Counted from the first letter of the stretch, positions 1 to 9,600 are shown. The stretch is DNA of 31,959 nucleotides from Bacteriovoracaceae bacterium (GCA_049599895.1 JBMYPC010000020.1:1-31959); one strand, 5' to 3'. Numbers and translations: made by a program. The notes: generated by a model not told the origin, from the sequence alone.

Positions 1-133
1 AAACATTGAATGCTCTTTTTAATTTGTTTAGTAAGAACTTTTTTATCAGCAGGCAAATTGATAAAAACTTGAAGTTGGCTAAGTTCATAAAGATCATCAA
101 GATCTTTTTCTTCTACGGCACGCATGAAAAACA

Positions 134-790
134 TTATTTATCCTTATTCTGTTCCAAGAGATTGAAAATTGTTTTGAGCTCTTTTGAGGTGAAATTGAAA
201 GGAAAATAAAGACTAAGTGTCTCATCATTTCTTTCACACAAGAGTCCTTGATTTTTATATCTTTGATAAAGTTCCTCATCGCCCTTTCGAGTGATTTTTA
301 ATCCTTCGGCTTTCCATTGAGGGAACTCCTTGGTGAAACTTAAAAGTTCTTCCTGGGTTTGAGTCATTTTTTTTGATATTTCAGTGTTCATCCAAAGTTT
401 ATGAAAAAGCTCTATGAAATTGATCCAAGTCTTGCTGTCGGAATTACTATTTTCATCGAGTGTGTCAATGTCATAGGGAATTTTTAAAAAACTTAGGTTT
501 AAAAGTTTATCTTTAAGAGCTGAGAGTATTTGAGTAAGCTCCTCATTCTTTTGCTCTTTAGCTACAAGGCCTGCTTTAATCCAAAGTGGATGGGAAAACC
601 CTAGCGGGTTTATTGCATGGGCATCAGTAAGGTCAAAGTAATAGTCACCTTGAATATTGCCCTTAATTCCTGCCAAGGAAGCTTGGTTTTTAAAGGGCTC
701 GCTTGGCACAGCTACAAGATTAAGTGGACGAAACAGGAATGATTCTGAAAATTCACGACTAAACTCTTGATAAAAATGCTCTTTTTGCAT
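134..790 (-). CDS. Degenerate class-III aminotransferase-like protein lacking most of the PLP-binding domain
   Basis: N-terminal 'YYFDLTDAHAINPLGFSHP' resembles ArgD/GabT 'YLDFxxGIAVNxLGHxHP'. C-terminal 'GLLCERNDETLSLYFPFNFTSKEL' resembles 'GLLxxxxGxxxIRFxPPLxIxxEE'. No DEVQTG or PLP-lysine segment; only 218 aa. Confidence 0.55.
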   Translation of the reverse strand: MQKEHFYQEFSREFSESFLFRPLNLVAVPSEPFKNQASLAGIKGNIQGDYYFDLTDAHAINPLGFSHPLWIKAGLVAKEQKNEELTQILSALKDKLLNLSFLKIPYDIDTLDENSNSDSKTWINFIELFHKLWMNTEISKKMTQTQEELLSFTKEFPQWKAEGLKITRKGDEELYQRYKNQGLLCERNDETLSLYFPFNFTSKELKTIFNLLEQNKDK

Positions 791-845
791 GACTGTCTCG
801 CCCTATGACTTGCTTGTTGCACAGGGAATGATGATAATATTTGCT

Positions 846-1511
846 ATGGTAAATGTTAGCACGGATAAATTATTAAAGTCACTTGGGGAGTATTACCAAA
901 AGGGTGAATACCAAAAAGGTGTTGATACTCTTCTTCAAAATAAAAGTCAGCTTGATGCTGAGAGCTTTCACTTTTATCTAGGGAACTTCTTTTTAAAGAA
1001 AGGAGAGATTGGAGCGGGGCGCTACAACCTCGAAAAAGCGAAGCTTGAAGGCTTTAATCATTCAATTCTTGAAAACAATATAGGTTTTGCAAAATCTCAG
1101 GTTGTCTTAAGAGATTTTGATGGGCCAGATAACCCTCTCGGTTATCTGCAAAGTAAAGTCTTAAGTCTTGGTGGAGAGCAAATTCTCTTGGCTTGTCTCT
1201 TGGGACTTTTTCTCACTTTTGTTCTGAGAAAAATTCAGTTTATTAAATCTAAGGCCATGGTGATTACACTTTTACTTCTTTCTTTGTTACCTGTGCCTCT
1301 AAAGTATCTGTATATCGATAAAATACAATTTGCGATTGTCTTAAAAAGCTCCACTATCCATGAAGGGCCTTCACGAATCTTTACTAAAATTGGAGAACTT
1401 TACGGAGGTGAAAAGCTTCTGATCTCTGATTATAACGAAGGCTGGGCTTACGTGAAAAAGCCAGAGTATTTAAATGGATGGATTAAACTAGAAGATTTAG
1501 GCCTTTACTGA
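846..1511 (+). CDS. BatE-like TPR / two-TM / C-terminal SH3b membrane protein
   Basis: TPR-like 'FHFYLGNFFLKKGEIGAGRYNLEKA', two hydrophobic segments, SH3b-like 'IHEGPS...GEKL...GWAYVK...GWIK'. Start placed at ATG 846; the ORF track start at 789 overlaps the divergent gene. Confidence 0.7.
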   Translation: MVNVSTDKLLKSLGEYYQKGEYQKGVDTLLQNKSQLDAESFHFYLGNFFLKKGEIGAGRYNLEKAKLEGFNHSILENNIGFAKSQVVLRDFDGPDNPLGYLQSKVLSLGGEQILLACLLGLFLTFVLRKIQFIKSKAMVITLLLLSLLPVPLKYLYIDKIQFAIVLKSSTIHEGPSRIFTKIGELYGGEKLLISDYNEGWAYVKKPEYLNGWIKLEDLGLY

Positions 1512-1523
1512 AAGCAGGAAAAT

Positions 1524-2156
1524 ATGAATTCATTTGAGAAGGATCTAGCTGAGAAAAATGAGCAGGGGGGAGATCTCTCTTCTGATTTAAGCCTTAATAA
1601 AAATTCGATTTCAATGCTGAGGTTTGTTTGGGACGTTTCAGCTCTACGCTCCAATGATGACAATAATATTGCAAAGTTTTTAAAGGATCTTTCAATCTTT
1701 AAAGACTATTCCATTTCAGAACTTCATAAACTCGCCAATAGTATGTATCTCAGAAACTTTGAAAAAGATGAACAGATATTTAAATCAGGTGACCTTGGAA
1801 TTGGTTTTTATATTGTTGTCAAAGGCCAAGTGAAGATCATTGTAGAAGGCGCACATATTGATAAGCACTCTCAAAGTGAACTTTTTCTTGATACGGGAGA
1901 CTTTTTTGGAGAACTCGCTCTTCTTCAGGAAAGGAGTGAAAGAAACGCTTCGGCAATCGCAACAGAGGGAACGGTTCTTTTAGGGCTCTTTCGTCCTGAT
2001 CTTGATAATCTTATCAACACTGACCCTGTCATTGCCGCTAAGTTTCTCCAAACAGTTTCAAGCATTATCTCTCAGAGGTTTTTGAACTTATCGCTTGAAT
2101 ACCACCGAATGAAAAAATCGTATTACGAGTTAAGAGAAAAATATGATAGCAAGTAA
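1524..2156 (+). CDS. Cyclic-nucleotide-binding domain protein
   Basis: 'IFKSGDLGIGFYIVVKGQVKI' and 'GDFFGELALL...RNASAIA' cNMP signatures; no evident CRP HTH. Confidence 0.9.
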   Translation: MNSFEKDLAEKNEQGGDLSSDLSLNKNSISMLRFVWDVSALRSNDDNNIAKFLKDLSIFKDYSISELHKLANSMYLRNFEKDEQIFKSGDLGIGFYIVVKGQVKIIVEGAHIDKHSQSELFLDTGDFFGELALLQERSERNASAIATEGTVLLGLFRPDLDNLINTDPVIAAKFLQTVSSIISQRFLNLSLEYHRMKKSYYELREKYDSK

Positions 2157-3198
2157 AATGAACAGGATTGGCAGGCTCGATAAAGCGAGACTGTTTTTCT
2201 TTTTAACTTTTATAATCTCTCTTCTTTTTTTCATGGTTAAGGTTCCAAGAATTTCACTTCCTCTTTCCATAGCCTATATTACTTCACTGGTTCTCGCTCC
2301 TTTTATTCCTAAAATTATGAAAATAGGAGTTTCAAGAAACATCAGTCTTATCATTGTTTTTGTGACAACATTATTCGTGACCATATATCCGGTTATAAAA
2401 GTCGTGCCAGGGATGGTCTCTGAAGCTCAAAAACTTCAGCATTATATTCCTAAAATCGAAACCTTTGTTCGGACAAACTACCAAACAGTAAAACTAACGG
2501 TAAAAGAGAGAACCGGATTTGATATTGGAGATCGATTCATTCGAGAGTCAATTGATTATACGAGACAAATCACTACAAGCTTTCTCATTCAAGCGCCAAA
2601 CTTTTTGGCCTCTGTTGTTGAGTGGATTCTTCTAATTCCGCTATTTCTTTTTTTCCTTTTAAAAGATGGTAAAGGTTTCAAGGGGCTTGTTCTTAAAACG
2701 GCACCAAATTTTCTTTTTGAAAAATTTTATTATTTATCCGATCAATTTAACCGAAAGCTTGGTGATTATATTTTGGCCAAAGTGATTGAAGCGACAATCG
2801 TTTTAAGTATTATCACCATCGGTCTTGCGGTCATGGATATTCGCTTTTCACTTATATTAGGTCTGATTGCAGGGGTGACTAATGTTATTCCTTACATCGG
2901 GCCAATTATTGGAATGATTCCGGCAATATTATTAATTGCTGCTGAATATGGAATAGGTCCGGTTCTTGGTGCTGTGGTCATTTTGTACGTGGTGGCCAAC
3001 GCTATTGATATTGGAATTGTTTTTCCAATTCTTGTTTCGAAAGTCGTTGATCTTCATCCAGTGCTCGTTGTGATTAGCGTCGTTCTTGGTGGCCAGTATT
3101 TGGGCGTTGCGGGAATGGTGATTTCGATACCTCTTGCCGCGTCATTAAAGCTTTTGATCTTTGAAATTTGGCAGGGCCTCTACGCCTCAAAATATTAG
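2143..3198 (+). CDS. AI-2E family transporter
   Basis: Multi-TM 351 aa with 'NVIPYIGPIIG', 'LHPVLVVISVVLGG' and 'GMVISIPLAA' motifs. Confidence 0.9.
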   Translation: MIASKMNRIGRLDKARLFFFLTFIISLLFFMVKVPRISLPLSIAYITSLVLAPFIPKIMKIGVSRNISLIIVFVTTLFVTIYPVIKVVPGMVSEAQKLQHYIPKIETFVRTNYQTVKLTVKERTGFDIGDRFIRESIDYTRQITTSFLIQAPNFLASVVEWILLIPLFLFFLLKDGKGFKGLVLKTAPNFLFEKFYYLSDQFNRKLGDYILAKVIEATIVLSIITIGLAVMDIRFSLILGLIAGVTNVIPYIGPIIGMIPAILLIAAEYGIGPVLGAVVILYVVANAIDIGIVFPILVSKVVDLHPVLVVISVVLGGQYLGVAGMVISIPLAASLKLLIFEIWQGLYASKY

Positions 3199-3228
3199 TC
3201 TAAAGCCCATTGATTTAGGGCCTTTCTT

Positions 3229-3258
3229 TTGACGACTAAACTTGTCATTTGGTAATGT
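3229..3258 (+). promoter_or_regulatory. sigma70 promoter of bamD, probably leaderless
   Basis: TTGACG(3229-34)-N18-TAATGT(3253-58) with extended TG; ATG follows 6 nt later with no SD. Confidence 0.55.
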
Positions 3259-3264
3259 TTCTCT

Positions 3265-4068
3265 ATGAAAAACCGTTCTCAAATTGCTGTTAAATTAGTT
3301 CATTCACTTTGTTTTTTATTGTTTCTGGGCTTTCTCATAAGTTGTGCGACCGAAAGACCAGAGGGAAAAACCGAAGCCGAAGTTATTTTTAAAGAGGCGA
3401 AAGAGTTAAAAGAAGATAAGCATTATCTTCTCGCTACTGAAAAGCTCAATATGATTCGTTCGCAATTTCCTTATAGCTATTACGCGACTTGGGCCGAACT
3501 TCTTCAAGCTGATATTCTTTTTGAGCAAGAAGCTTTTGTTGAAGCTGCTGCTGCTTATACTCTTTTTAGGGACTTTCATCCAAAGCACGAAAAAATTATT
3601 TATGTTGTTTGGCGAATTGCTGAATCTCATTACATGCAACTTCCCGATACTTTTGATCGTGACCTTTCTCCTGCCTATGAAGCGACCAAATATTTTGAAG
3701 AGCTTATCTATAAATATCCAAAGTCTGAATATGTTGCGAAGGCTCAGGAAAATATTAAGAATGCCAATGAGATGCTTAAGAAAAAAGAAAAGTACATTGC
3801 TGATTTTTATTACAAAACCGAAGTTTATCGAGCAGCGAGATATCGATATGTCGATATTTTAAAGCGGCCTCTTTTTGATCAAGGTCTCAAAGATTACTAT
3901 GTCGAAAGGGCCTTAATGTCTTCACTTCTTTTAAAAGATAAAGCGCTTTGCTTACAAGACTATTCAATTCTTAATACCGAAGTCAGTCCTGATAAAAAAT
4001 CAAATATCAGCAATATTAAATCACAATGTGAACAACTCCCTGATAAGGAGGAAGAAGATGAAGCTTGA
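3265..4068 (+). CDS. bamD: Outer membrane protein assembly factor BamD (lipoprotein)
   Basis: Lipobox LISC; 'FPYSYYA', 'FRDFHPKH', 'DRDLSPA', 'YPKSEY', 'IADFYYK...AARYRY'. Confidence 0.9.
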   Translation: MKNRSQIAVKLVHSLCFLLFLGFLISCATERPEGKTEAEVIFKEAKELKEDKHYLLATEKLNMIRSQFPYSYYATWAELLQADILFEQEAFVEAAAAYTLFRDFHPKHEKIIYVVWRIAESHYMQLPDTFDRDLSPAYEATKYFEELIYKYPKSEYVAKAQENIKNANEMLKKKEKYIADFYYKTEVYRAARYRYVDILKRPLFDQGLKDYYVERALMSSLLLKDKALCLQDYSILNTEVSPDKKSNISNIKSQCEQLPDKEEEDEA

Positions 4069-4825
4069 TACCTTAAATTCTCTCTATGAGAAGGCCAATC
4101 AGTGTTTTGAAAAAAGAGAATATCGAAATGCGGAAGTTCTTTTAGGGGAGATCATTGAAAGCTCCGTTGAGAAAGAAGAAGATCAATCACTTCGCTCAAA
4201 GGCCTATTTTCTTTTAGGAAACATCTTTCACAGGCGTGGTGAGATTGGAAAGGCCATTAGATCTTTTGAGACTTGTCTTTCGATTGATTCGACTCACACA
4301 GATGCGGCCATCAGCCTTTCTGTTGTTCTTAATGATATCGGTCAATACGATCGCGCAAAAAGAGTTTTTGAAAGAGCTAACTCAAGAGTCAAAAATGAAT
4401 CTGCTCGTGATGGTTCTGGAAGAGGTGTGAAGGATCAGCACATCAATAAGAATTTTTCAGCGAAGCATTTTGAACTTGCTGAGCTTTATTATTCTTATCA
4501 AAGATTTGATGAAGCGATTTTTGAATACACTAAATCATTTCAATTAAGCCCAACGAATTACGAAGCTAGAGTGAAGCTTGCTAAAACTTATTCAAAGAAA
4601 GGCTTTACTGATAAGGCCATTCTTGAACTTCAAAAACTTAAAAATGAAGTTCCCAATTACATTCCTGGAAGAATTGCTCTAGGTGTTCTCTATTACGGAA
4701 CGGGAAAAGTTCTTGAAGCCCAAGCAGAGTGGAGTCGAGTTCTTTCTTTAGAGCCAAAAAATAAAGAAGCAAAGATGTACCTTGGTTTTTCAAAAACAGC
4801 ATCGGAGACAGTTGTTTCCCTCTAG
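4058..4825 (+). CDS. TPR repeat protein
   Basis: Multiple TPR motifs such as 'AYFLLGNIFHRRGEIGKAIRSFETCL'. ATG 4058 has a GGAGG upstream and overlaps the bamD end. Confidence 0.85.
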   Translation: MKLDTLNSLYEKANQCFEKREYRNAEVLLGEIIESSVEKEEDQSLRSKAYFLLGNIFHRRGEIGKAIRSFETCLSIDSTHTDAAISLSVVLNDIGQYDRAKRVFERANSRVKNESARDGSGRGVKDQHINKNFSAKHFELAELYYSYQRFDEAIFEYTKSFQLSPTNYEARVKLAKTYSKKGFTDKAILELQKLKNEVPNYIPGRIALGVLYYGTGKVLEAQAEWSRVLSLEPKNKEAKMYLGFSKTASETVVSL

Positions 4826-4849
4826 TAAATTTAATTATTAAAAATAGAC

Positions 4850-4884
4850 AATAAAAAAGCCACTCAATGAGTGGCTTTTTTATT
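4850..4884. terminator. Bidirectional intrinsic terminator
   Basis: AATAAAAAAGCCACTCA-A-TGAGTGGCTTTTTTATT inverted repeat between convergent genes. Confidence 0.9.
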
Positions 4885-4901
4885 TGAGAATGTCTGTTTT
4901 C

Positions 4902-5468
4902 TTATAATTCTTTTCTGCGTACCTCTTGTTCAGCGGGAGACTCAGGAGCTTGAGCAGTCGTTTCTTCCGCTACTACAGGTTTCTCAACTTTGGTCTTCGT
5001 TCTGGTACTGTCATCAGAAGCGTAACTTACAATGTAGCGCTTAAGATCCATGTACATCTTGTAACGTACCTCAAGCTTTGAATCTTGAAGAACGATCTGT
5101 CTGGCCACTTTTGTTCTGTTGTTAATTACGATAGGGGCTTTTAGGTTGGCAGACATGTCAGTAACGATTTGAGGGATTGTGAGAATTGTATAAACACTGG
5201 CATCGTTAACAGACTCAAGCTCAAGACTGCTAAGTTCCGCTGGTAAAAGTTTTACACTGTAATCAGGAAGAAAGATCTTAGGCTCAATAATAGGAAAAGC
5301 AATCGAAGCATCATCAACAGATTGAAACCAAAGAATTAATGTTTGATCACCTGGATCAACAACAAAAAACTTCTTTAAATGTTCGAATCCGAGAATACCT
5401 TCTTTGAAATTAATGATGTCGTCTTTACTAATTTCGAGCTCGCCAAATCTTGTGGTATTAACTTTCAC
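4902..5468 (-). CDS. fliW: Flagellar assembly factor FliW (CsrA antagonist)
   Basis: 'TTRFGE', 'FKEGILGFE', 'WFQS', 'MSANLKAPIVIN...ARQIVL'; next to csrA. Confidence 0.95.
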   Translation of the reverse strand: MKVNTTRFGELEISKDDIINFKEGILGFEHLKKFFVVDPGDQTLILWFQSVDDASIAFPIIEPKIFLPDYSVKLLPAELSSLELESVNDASVYTILTIPQIVTDMSANLKAPIVINNRTKVARQIVLQDSKLEVRYKMYMDLKRYIVSYASDDSTRTKTKVEKPVVAEETTAQAPESPAEQEVRRKEL

Positions 5469-5654
5469 AAAGCCTCCGGTAATGCGCTAGGTAAAGCCCC
5501 AGCAATCATGTTGCTTAATTCTAGCCTTGGGCCGTATGGAAGGGCAAGTGGGAATTTCTTGCTATAGCTTCGCATTATCTAGAAATCAGTAATATTTAGA
5601 CTTCGCAGATCTCTGCGCGTCAATAAATATTCCATATATGGACTTTGGGGAATC

Positions 5655-5674
5655 TGTGAATAAATTGTGGAAAA
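5655..5674 (-). promoter_or_regulatory. Two tandem DnaA-box-like 9-mers
   Basis: Minus-strand TTATTCACA (5655-63) and TTTTCCACA (5666-74) both fit TTWTNCACA and are 11 bp apart. Confidence 0.45.
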
Positions 5675-5685
5675 CGGGCTTCAGT

Positions 5686-5925
5686 TTAATCTTGAGCTTT
5701 TTTATTGAGCTCTTTTGCAAGATCGCCAATTGAACCAAGGTCTGCCTGTACAGCCTCCTCGTTCTGATCTTGTATCGCTTTGTAAACTTCTTCCCTGTGG
5801 ATTTTTGTTTCCTTGGGGGCCTTAATTCCTAGCCGGACCTGTTTGCCCTTGATTTGCACCACAACAATCTTGATGTGGTCATCAATTGCAATACTTTCTC
5901 CTAGCTTCCTTGTTAAAACAAGCAT
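5686..5925 (-). CDS. csrA: Carbon storage regulator CsrA
   Basis: 'MLVLTRKLGESIAI...QVRLGIKAPKETKIHREEVY'. Confidence 0.97.
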   Translation of the reverse strand: MLVLTRKLGESIAIDDHIKIVVVQIKGKQVRLGIKAPKETKIHREEVYKAIQDQNEEAVQADLGSIGDLAKELNKKAQD

Positions 5926-5975
5926 ATATCAACCTCAGTGTTGAACCATCCTGATATAATATGCGAGAATCAGGT

Positions 5976-6005
5976 ATAGTATCTTGCGTAAGTTAATGCA
6001 AGCAA
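5976..6005 (-). promoter_or_regulatory. Putative sigma70 promoter of csrA
   Basis: Minus strand TTGCTT-N18-TACTAT about 50 nt upstream of csrA. Confidence 0.4.
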
Positions 6006-6189
6006 AATATTTCTGTAACCTTTACTAAATTTAGGCATCCAGAGATAGTCTAATAAGGATGTTGAGAAAAATTTTCACGAGTGACCCATTTTTTATGTCG
6101 CTCACATGTCAAAGTTGACACGTCCTAAGCTATTGAATTTCGTCAATTTAAGATAAATTAAGATTGGATGACGAGTGTCGTCGGCTATT

Positions 6190-7245
6190 TTAATTAATAA
6201 AGTTCATCAGGGAGCGGTTGAGAGTTTTTTGACTCGCCTTGTAAGAAAGGTCCAAAACCGCGCTTTGTTTTTGAAGGTCAGAGAAAAGTTCAGCCACATC
6301 TGCATCCACAAGCTTACTTTTTCGGTCTTCGTTATCAATGATTTCAGTTTCAAGGGTGCTTTTTGAGAGATTTACTGAATTTGTTAATGAACCAACCTTG
6401 GTCCTCAAAGTAATGACTCTGTTAATAGCATTATCAAAAGAATTTAAAAGAACTTGAATGGTTCCTGTGTCATTGGCCCGAAGTGCTGAGGCAAGAGTAT
6501 CAAGAGCGCCAATAATTGAAACATTGTCGGCGTATTTTTTCTCTTCAGGGCTTTTTTCTAATGGGTTGATTCTAAGCGAAGCGATTTCTCTTTTTCTTTC
6601 CTGAAGCTCTTCTGGTTTCTCGTTAGGATTGTGAGTCGGGGAGCTTTTAAATTCAGGGAAGTCTTCAAGAGGGTTTTCACTTTTGTTAGATGATCCATCA
6701 AAAACAAAAAAGACTTCATCTCCAGAGAGGTTGATAGGAATATAGAAGTCCTTAGAAACTTCAAGAGTGGTTTTGCCACTATCACCATGGTATTTTCCAT
6801 CGGCATCAAAGGGAGGTGTGCTGGTTTTATGACCTGAAAAGATATAGCGGTTTCCAAGTCTTTTGTTTCCGATTGCCAGAATTTGATTACGAAGTTGAAC
6901 AACTTCTTCAGCAACGCTTCCTCTCACATCTTTTCCATAAAAGTCTGAGGCTTGCCCAATGGCGATTTCTTTTGCCTTAACAAGAATCTCACTGATTTGG
7001 GCCAGGGATGACTCGACAGTGTTGAGGTGAAGATTCGCAAAGTCTGCATTTTTAATATATTGATTATTTGTGTTATTTCTTGAAATGATCTGGAGAGCTT
7101 CAACGTTGTTAACAGGGTTGTCGGAAGGTCTTGTGATCTGACTTAAAGACGCACTTTTTGATTGCAAGTCTTCCACTCGTTTCTTGGCACGATTGAGTGT
7201 GTACTTTAATGAGTCTGTCTGGCTGTTTTCTGAAACCCTACTCAT
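6190..7245 (-). CDS. flgL: Flagellar hook-associated protein 3
   Basis: 'ITRPSDNPV', 'NRYIFSGHKT', 'LVDADVAE', 'SLMNFI'; follows flgK. Confidence 0.95.
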   Translation of the reverse strand: MSRVSENSQTDSLKYTLNRAKKRVEDLQSKSASLSQITRPSDNPVNNVEALQIISRNNTNNQYIKNADFANLHLNTVESSLAQISEILVKAKEIAIGQASDFYGKDVRGSVAEEVVQLRNQILAIGNKRLGNRYIFSGHKTSTPPFDADGKYHGDSGKTTLEVSKDFYIPINLSGDEVFFVFDGSSNKSENPLEDFPEFKSSPTHNPNEKPEELQERKREIASLRINPLEKSPEEKKYADNVSIIGALDTLASALRANDTGTIQVLLNSFDNAINRVITLRTKVGSLTNSVNLSKSTLETEIIDNEDRKSKLVDADVAELFSDLQKQSAVLDLSYKASQKTLNRSLMNFIN

Positions 7246-7254
7246 TGATTCTTA

Positions 7255-8718
7255 TTACCTTTTTATACTCAAAACGGTCTGAAACATTTCATCAGCCGCC
7301 TTTAAAACTTTTGCACTGGCATCATAAGCCTGTTGATAGCGCATCATGTTTGCTGTTTCTTCATCAATGGAAACTCCAGAGAGTCTTTCTCTTATTCCTT
7401 GAGCTTGAGCGAGAAGTCCTGTTGAATGTTCAAGGTTCATCTTCGCCTTACTTGCTTCAAGGCCTACGTTTCCAATTGATTTTAAATAACTATCTTCAAT
7501 GGAGGCTTCTCCATTTTCTAAAATCTTTTCATGTTGAAGTTTTGAAATTGCAACTGAAATTCTGTTATCCCCTGGGCTATTCGCCTTAAGAGAAGTTGCA
7601 ATGTTTGTGACATCGTTTAAAACATCGTCACTTAGTTTCATTCTTTCTGCTGCTCCCGCTTGAAGCATAGGATCTTCAAAGAAGTTAATTCCCGTTGTTG
7701 GGCCTTTGCCATCAAAGGGAACTGGTTCGCCTGAGCTGTTCATTTCAATATGCCTATGAACATAGCCCTGTCTGTGGACAGCATTGACTGCATTCATAAA
7801 CTCAAAGGCAATCTTATCCATTTTTTCCTGTAAGCCGGCGATGTGGTCATTTCGAACTTTGGTGAGTCCACTAAAAGAGCCTCCTCTAAACTTACTCGTA
7901 ATTGGCGAGGCAGGACGGTTTTTGAGATAAATCTCTTTTGCACCATCGATGCCGTTACCTGATTCATCTTTAGATGCTCTTTTGATGGTGAGTTCTTGGG
8001 TGGATTTTCCGGCGACAAGAGTTCCCACTCCCTGAGCGTCGACATTGTAGTTACCGTCATCATCAACATACGTGTTGACAGAGAAATATTTTGAGAGGTT
8101 TTTAATCTCGAGGTCCCTTTGGTCGCGAAGGTCACCTGTTTCACCTCTTCCTGCTTCAAGCTTTCGGATTTCTCCATTGAGTTTGGCGATTTTATTGGTA
8201 ATGGTGTTGATTGTATCGACATCGTGAGAAATTCGACTATCAATCCCGTTTGAAATTTCATTAAGTGTAGAAGAGATTCTTTTGAAGTCTTTGACGACAA
8301 GACCTGCTTTGTCACGAACAACTGATCTCATGGTTTCATTTTCTGGTTGGTTGGCAAGATCTCTAAAAGAGTTAAAGAATTCATTGATAATAGAGTGAAG
8401 ACCATTTCCATCAATGTCATTAAAGATCATTTCAACTTCGGCGAGTCTGTCTGAAGTGGCGCTGTAATACTCATTGTCACTAGTTGTTTTATTAAGACGT
8501 TTTTCGACGTATTCATCGCTGATGCGATTAACACTATCAACTTTTACACCTGTCCCAACATTGACCCCGCCACTTGTTACTGGAGAATTGGCGGACTGCT
8601 GCACCCGCTGTCTTGAATAGCCCTCGGTATTAACATTCGCAATGTTATGGCCAGTGGTCTTTAAGGCTTTTTTGGAAGCATCAAGACCAGACTTACCAAT
8701 ACTTAGGAGATTGGCCAC
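7255..8718 (-). CDS. flgK: Flagellar hook-associated protein 1
   Basis: 'TTGHNIANVNTEGYSRQR', 'LRDQRD', 'SGVSIDEETANMMRYQQAYDASAKV'. Confidence 0.97.
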   Translation of the reverse strand: MANLLSIGKSGLDASKKALKTTGHNIANVNTEGYSRQRVQQSANSPVTSGGVNVGTGVKVDSVNRISDEYVEKRLNKTTSDNEYYSATSDRLAEVEMIFNDIDGNGLHSIINEFFNSFRDLANQPENETMRSVVRDKAGLVVKDFKRISSTLNEISNGIDSRISHDVDTINTITNKIAKLNGEIRKLEAGRGETGDLRDQRDLEIKNLSKYFSVNTYVDDDGNYNVDAQGVGTLVAGKSTQELTIKRASKDESGNGIDGAKEIYLKNRPASPITSKFRGGSFSGLTKVRNDHIAGLQEKMDKIAFEFMNAVNAVHRQGYVHRHIEMNSSGEPVPFDGKGPTTGINFFEDPMLQAGAAERMKLSDDVLNDVTNIATSLKANSPGDNRISVAISKLQHEKILENGEASIEDSYLKSIGNVGLEASKAKMNLEHSTGLLAQAQGIRERLSGVSIDEETANMMRYQQAYDASAKVLKAADEMFQTVLSIKR

Positions 8719-8729
8719 CCCTTATCCTT

Positions 8730-9233
8730 TTATCTGTCCACCATGACAGATCGAGCGGAGCCTTTTGCATTATAGGTTTGAAGTTTTTCGCCCCCAGCTG
8801 CTCCTTCGCGAATCTCTCTCAAAGAGTGAATCGCCTTATTTATAAAGAGTTGATTGTTTTTATTTTGGTTCTGAATCTTTTCTATTAAATGAATCAAGAG
8901 GTCGTTGAACTTTTTAAGGTGAAGTCCCTCTTTTTCAGGGGCACAGTCATCAAAAAACTTAACGAGACCAGAGGCATTTTCAATCCTTTGGTTTTCCTCT
9001 AATGATTCATTTATCTTTACAAGAGTTTCTTGTCTGATTGTTTCGAGGTTCTTAATTCTCTCAATCACTTCTTCTTTGTTTGTTGTGATTTGCTCAATCT
9101 TGTCAAAATCACTGGCAAGGAGCTGAGAGTATTCTTCTGATGTCAGTGTAAAGAGTCTATTGTGTTCCTCACAAAATCTCTTCCAAAGGTCTGTTACAGT
9201 GAAGTAGTAAACATTTTTTTGATTTTCATCCAT
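8730..9233 (-). CDS. flgN: FlgN flagellar export chaperone
   Basis: Helical 167 aa between flgM and flgK; 'QNKNNQLFI' and C-terminal 'TYNAKG'. Confidence 0.8.
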   Translation of the reverse strand: MDENQKNVYYFTVTDLWKRFCEEHNRLFTLTSEEYSQLLASDFDKIEQITTNKEEVIERIKNLETIRQETLVKINESLEENQRIENASGLVKFFDDCAPEKEGLHLKKFNDLLIHLIEKIQNQNKNNQLFINKAIHSLREIREGAAGGEKLQTYNAKGSARSVMVDR

Positions 9234-9264
9234 GAAAATTCTCTCCGAAATTTTTTAATATGAT

Positions 9265-9600
9265 CTAAAATTCACTCGCAATAATTTTGTCTGCGAGTTT
9301 ATCGTAATCAACTTTGTATGTTCCGTTTTGAATCTGGCCCTTAAGTCTTGCGATCTTGGCCGAATTATCAACATCGGGTGCCGCATCGACGGCTTTTTTG
9401 ATTCGAGCAAAGTCTTTAATCTTCTGATCAATATTGACCTTGGCATTCTGGCTTCCCATGCTATCAAGCTCTTGCTTTCTTTCAGGGTTGTTCCTGGTCT
9501 TTAAGAGCTTTTCTAGCTTTTGAGAGCTGTCGGCCTTTCCTGTCTGCTTACTTCTTGGGAAGAAAGCGGATCTGGCACTTGCACCTTCAATATTATTCAT
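9265..9600 (-). CDS. flgM: Anti-sigma28 factor FlgM
   Basis: 'KIARLKGQIQNGTYKVDYDKLADKII'; SD GAAGGAG before ATG 9600. Confidence 0.93.
   Translation of the reverse strand: MNNIEGASARSAFFPRSKQTGKADSSQKLEKLLKTRNNPERKQELDSMGSQNAKVNIDQKIKDFARIKKAVDAAPDVDNSAKIARLKGQIQNGTYKVDYDKLADKIIASEF

Noticed and set aside
5655..5674. oriC
   Set aside because: Only two boxes, with no dnaA/gidA context and no evident unwinding element.
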